From: Candidatus Melainabacteria bacterium 17Bon1m
GTDB taxonomy: Bacteria > Cyanobacteriota > Vampirovibrionia > Obscuribacterales > Obscuribacteraceae
Length of the DNA stretch: 64,000 nucleotides
Direction of reading: 5' to 3'
NCBI GenBank assembly: GCA_032128875.1
Contig: JAVLKG010000015.1
Span: forward strand, 28,346 to 92,345
Part shown: positions 59,244-64,000 of the stretch, piece after piece
Numbering within the stretch: position 1 is the stretch's first letter
How the letters are laid out: every line of letters starts with the position of its first letter
Translations under genes and position numbers: made by a program
Notes under the pieces: generated by a model
Told to the model about the DNA's origin: nothing
Databases searched by the model: none
What the model saw: the letters and a program-made list of their open reading frames with translations, nothing else

Positions 59244-61049
59244 TTAAAGAATCAGCGAATTAGTGCCGGCTTTCTTTTCCGACTCATTGCTGGGACCGGC
59301 TTCTGACGACGCATCAGCAGAAGCCTCGACATCTCCGCCCTTATCGGTCGCTCGGCGACCAACGCCAAATCTCGCACCTTCGCTGTTACCATTCGACGTC
59401 GCAGCAGCGGCACTTTCAGTCGCATCGTCGTCATCGTCATCTTGTAAAATTTCCAAAAGCTCCGACGGACTCGTAGCTTCTCTCGGCACGAGCTCCCCAC
59501 GCGGAGTGCGTCTGCGGTCACGGTACATGGCACCAATGGTTCCCCAGTCGATAACCAAGCTTCCACCCGACGCTCTGTGCTGTTTGTCCCAGGTCATAAG
59601 CAAGTCGAGACAGGCGTGGTCGATGTAATCGACATCTTCGAGGTGCACGTGCAATTCGCTGTCGGCAGGCACGTCTTCGATAGCTTGAGCCAATTTCGGA
59701 AGTGACAAGAAGGTGGCGGCGCCGCTCAGGTACAGATTTGTCTTGTGACGCTTGTCCTCGCTTTCCTTGCGAATCTTCATGTGCGAGAAGTGATAGAGCA
59801 GCTTGGCGATTGAGAGCATCACGCCGACAAGAACACCTGTAAGCAAGTCGATAAAGACGATAGCCGACATGGTGATGAGGAAAATTGTCATTTCCCCTTT
59901 GCCGAACTTCTTCAACTCTTTGGTTTCTTTGGAAAAAACGAGTTTGTATCCGGTCAAAACCAACAGTGCCGCAAGGCTGGAAATAGGCACCAGACGCACT
60001 ATATTGGGCAAACAGGTAACGAAAGCGAGGAGCCAAATGCCGTGCAAAAATGCTGACAGCTTTGAACGCGCGCCAGCTTTCACATTGACGCCGCTTCTCA
60101 CAATGACGCCAGTCATAGGAAGCACACCTATCAAACCGCAAATCACGTTGCCGATGCCTTGCGCCTTCATTTCTTTGTCGTACTTAGTACGGTGACCGAC
60201 GACCAGTTTGTCGATGGCAGTCGCAGTGAGCATGGTCTCCGCTGTGGCAATGAACGCTACCGCGACAGCATCTACGAGCAAATCCACATTGGTCATGCGG
60301 GAAAAGGCAGCAAATGTCGGAAAGCGCAAGTCAGACAACAGGTCTTTAGGAATATCAACGTGTTTGATGGGCAGGTTGAATATCCCGTCAATTGCTGTGG
60401 CTGTGACAATTGCAATCAGCGCACCAGGAATGAGCGAAACCCACTTCCAGGGCAATCGATGCAATGGAAGTTTGTCCCAGATAATCACAGCAACAATCGT
60501 GGCGACACCGATCATGGCAGCTAAGTGATGGCTCGTACCTTCGGCGTGGACAACGCCTTTGTACACCGCTTCGGGAATGGAAACGAGATTTTTCCAGGCT
60601 TCACCCTTGGGGGTATCGTCGACCATGACGTGAAACTGGCTGAGCATAAGCAATACGCCGATGCCGGAGAGCATGCCATGAATAACGGAAGGTGGAACAG
60701 CGCGAAACCACTGCCCCAAGCCCGCAAATCCGGCAATTATTTGAATGGACCCAGCCAGCATAATGATGACGCCAAGACTTTCGATGCCGTGCTGCTCAAT
60801 AAGTTCGACAATTACAACTACCAATCCAGCGGCCGGTCCACTTACCTGCAAAGGGCAGCCGGAAAGCAGCGAAACAATGCCTCCGCCTACGACACCGGTG
60901 ATAATCCCCGTCGAAACGGGCAGCCCGGCAGCAATCGAAATACCCATACAAAGTGGCAGGGCGACGAGGAAAACGACTATTGAGGCAAGAAAGTCATTGA
61001 GAAAATACTTTCTCAAACTGCGCTTAGTAATTTCGAAACTGACAGTCAA
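59244..61049 (-). CDS. SulP family anion transporter with STAS domain
   Basis: D..AS.VVFLVALPLCMGI, QVSGPAAGL, AQGIGN, LPMTGVIVRS..N and YIDH STAS motifs. Confidence 0.93.
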   Translation of the reverse strand: MTVSFEITKRSLRKYFLNDFLASIVVFLVALPLCMGISIAAGLPVSTGIITGVVGGGIVSLLSGCPLQVSGPAAGLVVVIVELIEQHGIESLGVIIMLAGSIQIIAGFAGLGQWFRAVPPSVIHGMLSGIGVLLMLSQFHVMVDDTPKGEAWKNLVSIPEAVYKGVVHAEGTSHHLAAMIGVATIVAVIIWDKLPLHRLPWKWVSLIPGALIAIVTATAIDGIFNLPIKHVDIPKDLLSDLRFPTFAAFSRMTNVDLLVDAVAVAFIATAETMLTATAIDKLVVGHRTKYDKEMKAQGIGNVICGLIGVLPMTGVIVRSGVNVKAGARSKLSAFLHGIWLLAFVTCLPNIVRLVPISSLAALLVLTGYKLVFSKETKELKKFGKGEMTIFLITMSAIVFIDLLTGVLVGVMLSIAKLLYHFSHMKIRKESEDKRHKTNLYLSGAATFLSLPKLAQAIEDVPADSELHVHLEDVDYIDHACLDLLMTWDKQHRASGGSLVIDWGTIGAMYRDRRRTPRGELVPREATSPSELLEILQDDDDDDATESAAAATSNGNSEGARFGVGRRATDKGGDVEASADASSEAGPSNESEKKAGTNSLIL

Positions 61050-61773
61050 AAATAAGCTCCATCAGGAAAACAGCAAAGGTCGTCGAACGAATCGGTCAGT
61101 AGGCACTGCCTCCTAACGATTGGTTTTTCCATCGATTTGTTGTATCCATGATGCTATTTTAACTCACGAGCATGCTCATTGAAACCGCGCGAAAGCCTGT
61201 TGAAAGCAAGCTTTTCATCAGCCGCCCGAGAGCCGTTTGTTTTGCAAACAGTTTGAAACGCGCGACAACCCAATCGCTTGCACCATATTTAGTACCACTC
61301 TCCGACTTAATAATTCGAGCCAAAATCAAATTTCAACGGACAAATTTCCGTCGCCAAATAACAAAAACAAACATGCGTGAACAACGCTTCATCCGCCGCT
61401 CACACACGTTGTCATTAGACGCATCAAATGTTTTGCAATTATGACCACCCAACTCTCACAAAGTTCGCGCACGTGCGCGAAGTAAAAGATACTATTTCTT
61501 GACGTGTCTGAAAGACTCCTAATACACGTACGGCAAACACTTATTGTCATGACAAGAGAACGATATCTACGGTCAAAGTCTCACATCTCCGTTCTCTCAG
61601 CAGTCAAATTCCCCAACCAGTCAGATCTCCCGTCAAACCAATCGAGTTACAGAAAGCACCACCAGTGCCTCGATCGACTCCGGTTTGGATTGACGCCACC
61701 AACTGCTGAAGAATCAAGTGCTCTCCATCCCACCTCTGCCAAACACAGGGGTGAACTTCTCAAGGACAGCCAA

Positions 61774-62796
61774 ATGAATCGAATCCGTAGGCTCGTTACG
61801 TTCCTCTCGTTTCTTTTGTCCGCAGGTCTCATCTGGTTTTTCTCCACGAACGAAACCGGTTTGGGACTGTCTGGCAGCTGCCTAGCTCTGAGCAGCGTCG
61901 CCATCGCGGTCACTTTCGTGCAGCTATCATGCTTGCTGCGCGGGTACGGAAGCATCTACTCGAGGCTGCAAACCCTGACTGCGTTCGTCTGGGGTATCGG
62001 TCTCTCCGTCGTCTCCCTTATCACTGCCGGCACCCAGTTGCATTTGGCGGCCAGCGTCGTCAGCCTTCTTGTCTGGGGTTACGCCATCTGGCGTTTCAAC
62101 GTGCAGAAGGCGAAATTCGTCAACGTCGGCAGCGGCCCACTGCGCGCAGATGTCTGGGTGAGCCCGCCGGCTGACGCTTTGGAAGCTGGCGATGTCCTCT
62201 GCACGAGCGGTCGCGTCGCCACATGGCTGAAGCAGAGCACCGGTCACACCGAGAACGTCATTCCGTTCGACGGTCGCCTGCAGCTTTTCAGCTCCTGGTT
62301 CGAAACTGGTCCGTGCATCAACGAGGTTTCGCGCATTTGCAAGCCGAGCGACCGCAATCACTACGTCGTTCTTCGCCGGCGCGTGCCGTTGACGAGCGAG
62401 CAGATGGTTTGCATGGAACGCGAAGCCAAGGCGATGCTCGAAGAGAATAAGGTCTTCATCGCTCGCCTCAAGGCAAGCCGAGCGCGCATGCCACGTTTTC
62501 TTTCGAACTTCCTCAATCGCAAGTTTCCCGCCACCGGCTACGACTGGGTCGGCGCCTACAGCGGCAGGCTCGCGAAGGACCACTGGACCTGCACAGGCGT
62601 GCATCTGACGCTTATGCAGCGCTGTGACATCCCCACGCCGAAGCTCGGAGTCGGCATCTTCGGTTTCGGCACCGGTCTTTTCGACATCCTCAACACCGAG
62701 GATCTCGCGCAAGATCGCGGTCTGCGCTATCTGACTCTCGCTGACAAGGCGGAGTATGAGCGGCGCAAAGCTGTTGTGGCTCAGGCGCAAGCGTGA
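61774..62796 (+). CDS. 4-TM membrane protein with C-terminal permuted NlpC/P60 (YiiX/YebB-like) papain-fold domain
   Basis: Four TMs, then L.AGDVL...STGH (His) and GYDW....HWTCT (Cys), His before Cys. ATG 61774 after AAGGA. Confidence 0.65.
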   Translation: MNRIRRLVTFLSFLLSAGLIWFFSTNETGLGLSGSCLALSSVAIAVTFVQLSCLLRGYGSIYSRLQTLTAFVWGIGLSVVSLITAGTQLHLAASVVSLLVWGYAIWRFNVQKAKFVNVGSGPLRADVWVSPPADALEAGDVLCTSGRVATWLKQSTGHTENVIPFDGRLQLFSSWFETGPCINEVSRICKPSDRNHYVVLRRRVPLTSEQMVCMEREAKAMLEENKVFIARLKASRARMPRFLSNFLNRKFPATGYDWVGAYSGRLAKDHWTCTGVHLTLMQRCDIPTPKLGVGIFGFGTGLFDILNTEDLAQDRGLRYLTLADKAEYERRKAVVAQAQA

Positions 62797-63002
62797 GTTC
62801 ATAGCACCACTACCGGAAACGCAAAGCTGAAGGAGGCGTCCAAAACCTCCTTCCGCTGCGCTCTTTGCTGCGGTCATTTTACTTTTTCCGCGCATTGCTA
62901 CATCGTCTAGTACAACACTCAAAAAAGTCAATTCACACGAAAAAGCGCATCGGCAGCCGAAAGAGAAATATCTTTCAGCTGCCGCTACGATCACCAGAAG
63001 AA

Positions 63003-63356
63003 CTATGACAACCAGCTATCGACGCGGTTCGCGACCGCATTCTCGATCTTCTTCCACAGAGCGCAAATTGCCAATGCGCCGGGAACCAGAAAGGCAAACA
63101 GCTGCGCCAACAGGCAAGCGAAAAGCAACTCTGACCAGTCACGAGCATGCGGCCAATAGTCATTAATCTCAGCCATGTAGAGTGTGAGAGAAATCATACT
63201 GAAGGCACCTGCGCAATAGGCACACAAACGAGCCACATCCGACACCTCCTCTTCGTCAAAACGAAGAAGACGAGCCGACAAACGGCCGACCGCCAAACCG
63301 AGGATGCTGGCAGTGATGCAAAAACCAAGCATTGTGAGAACCTGATAGGTAAACAT
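63003..63356 (-). CDS. Hypothetical membrane protein (3 TM)
   Basis: 117-aa ORF, GGAAGGA RBS, three hydrophobic helices. Confidence 0.65.
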   Translation of the reverse strand: MFTYQVLTMLGFCITASILGLAVGRLSARLLRFDEEEVSDVARLCAYCAGAFSMISLTLYMAEINDYWPHARDWSELLFACLLAQLFAFLVPGALAICALWKKIENAVANRVDSWLS

Positions 63357-63439
63357 TTAAGCGTTCCTTCCATGTTTAGGTGAAAGCAACCCAGGGAGCC
63401 AGAATGACTCAGACCGGGCTGATTCAGTTGCGGGTTGTT

Positions 63440-63727
63440 TCAATCACCCCCAGTACCGCGCACCACCCCAATGACTTGACCGCGACGATGCTTGCGGAGG
63501 GTTTTTCTGGGTTCCACGGGAGTGACTGTCATCTGCGCGTTCGCCGCATTTGAGAAATTACCTATCTCCCAGCCTTTCGTGATCAGGAGCTCAGCCACTC
63601 TCATGACCTCAGGGTCACAATCATTTGCTGCGCTCGAAGCGAAGACCATTGCAGTGTGCGCGGATTTACCTGAGGAATGAAGGAAGTGGAAGGATTTCAA
63701 CCTGAAGAATCTCGCAGTTCGAAACAA
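63440..63727 (-). CDS. Possible small hypothetical protein
   Basis: ORF co-oriented with 63003-63356; start uncertain, no motif. Confidence 0.35.
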   Translation of the reverse strand: MFRTARFFRLKSFHFLHSSGKSAHTAMVFASSAANDCDPEVMRVAELLITKGWEIGNFSNAANAQMTVTPVEPRKTLRKHRRGQVIGVVRGTGGD

Positions 63728-63884
63728 GCGATTTCCTTGGCGAACGTGGACAATTTATCCATTTGGCGAGATTCAAAGTTGAAACAATTGGAATCGGCAG
63801 CGTCGAAAATTCTTGAAGTGTACACAAAACGAATGTGAACCCTTGGGATGAAATCGACGAGCATTGTTTCAGGCCCACCACTCC

Positions 63885-63934
63885 GTAGGGTCGGCACATG
63901 TGCCGACCTGGACAGGGAGCCGCATGCGGCTCCC
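63885..63934. repeat. GTAG-type REP-like palindrome doublet
   Basis: GTAG + perfect palindrome GGTCGGCACATGTGCCGACC (63889-63908) and GGGAGCCGCATGCGGCTCCC (63915-63934). Confidence 0.8.
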
Positions 63935-64000
63935 CTTTTATGATGGCCTTGACAGCTTCGAATGGATTATCTATTCGTCGTGTTGAATCAAGGCGAGAGA

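Noticed and set aside
285-61184. Additional boxA-like words (CACCTTGAA at about 285, 32468 and 58968; GACATTGAA at about 53820; GCTCATTGAAA at about 61174)
   Set aside because: Too short and degenerate to distinguish from chance without a genome-wide test.
63949-64000. TTGACA promoter-like site, possibly preceding an RNA gene
   Set aside because: The -10 match is poor and the downstream feature lies outside the window.

Overview
A 64-kb gene-dense bacterial window. The protein style suggests non-photosynthetic Cyanobacteriota (Melainabacteria / Ca. Obscuribacterales-like), but this is inference only. I found no rRNA, tRNA, CRISPR array, integrase or transposase. Recognisable genes include a divergent FtsH paralog, an ABC transporter membrane domain with no ATPase, a PrsW-thioredoxin-like-S41 protease-thiolase-FadJ cluster, tandem MocR regulators, a Csp-like copper bundle, a ferritin-like protein, two Nudix enzymes, an M50 peptidase, fumC, nadD, a D-lyxose-family isomerase and SulP. 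Three regions are most unusual. (1) 32.7-42.9 kb holds two convergent, signal-peptide-less, polymorphic-toxin-like proteins with no immunity gene. One is a Gly-rich translocation-like module + NADAR + minimal kinase; the other is a 2598-aa protein with YD-like repeats, annexin-like repeats, a hydrophobic hairpin and a PRTase-like tip. A GH75 chitosanase fusion lies nearby. (2) 43.1-50.9 kb is a probable operon: a protein with triple DWMxDF motifs, two paralogous vWA (MIDAS) proteins with His/Asp tails, a P1B-4 ATPase with HGPGCxH repeats and two secreted paralogs, a candidate undescribed metal-handling system. (3) A PKD/Pro-rich surface protein carries a planctomycete-type N-terminal motif. 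Several long structured 5' leaders (ftsH, nadD, GNAT) and dispersed GTAG-type REP-like palindromes are also present. All domain calls were made by eye from motifs, not from database searches.
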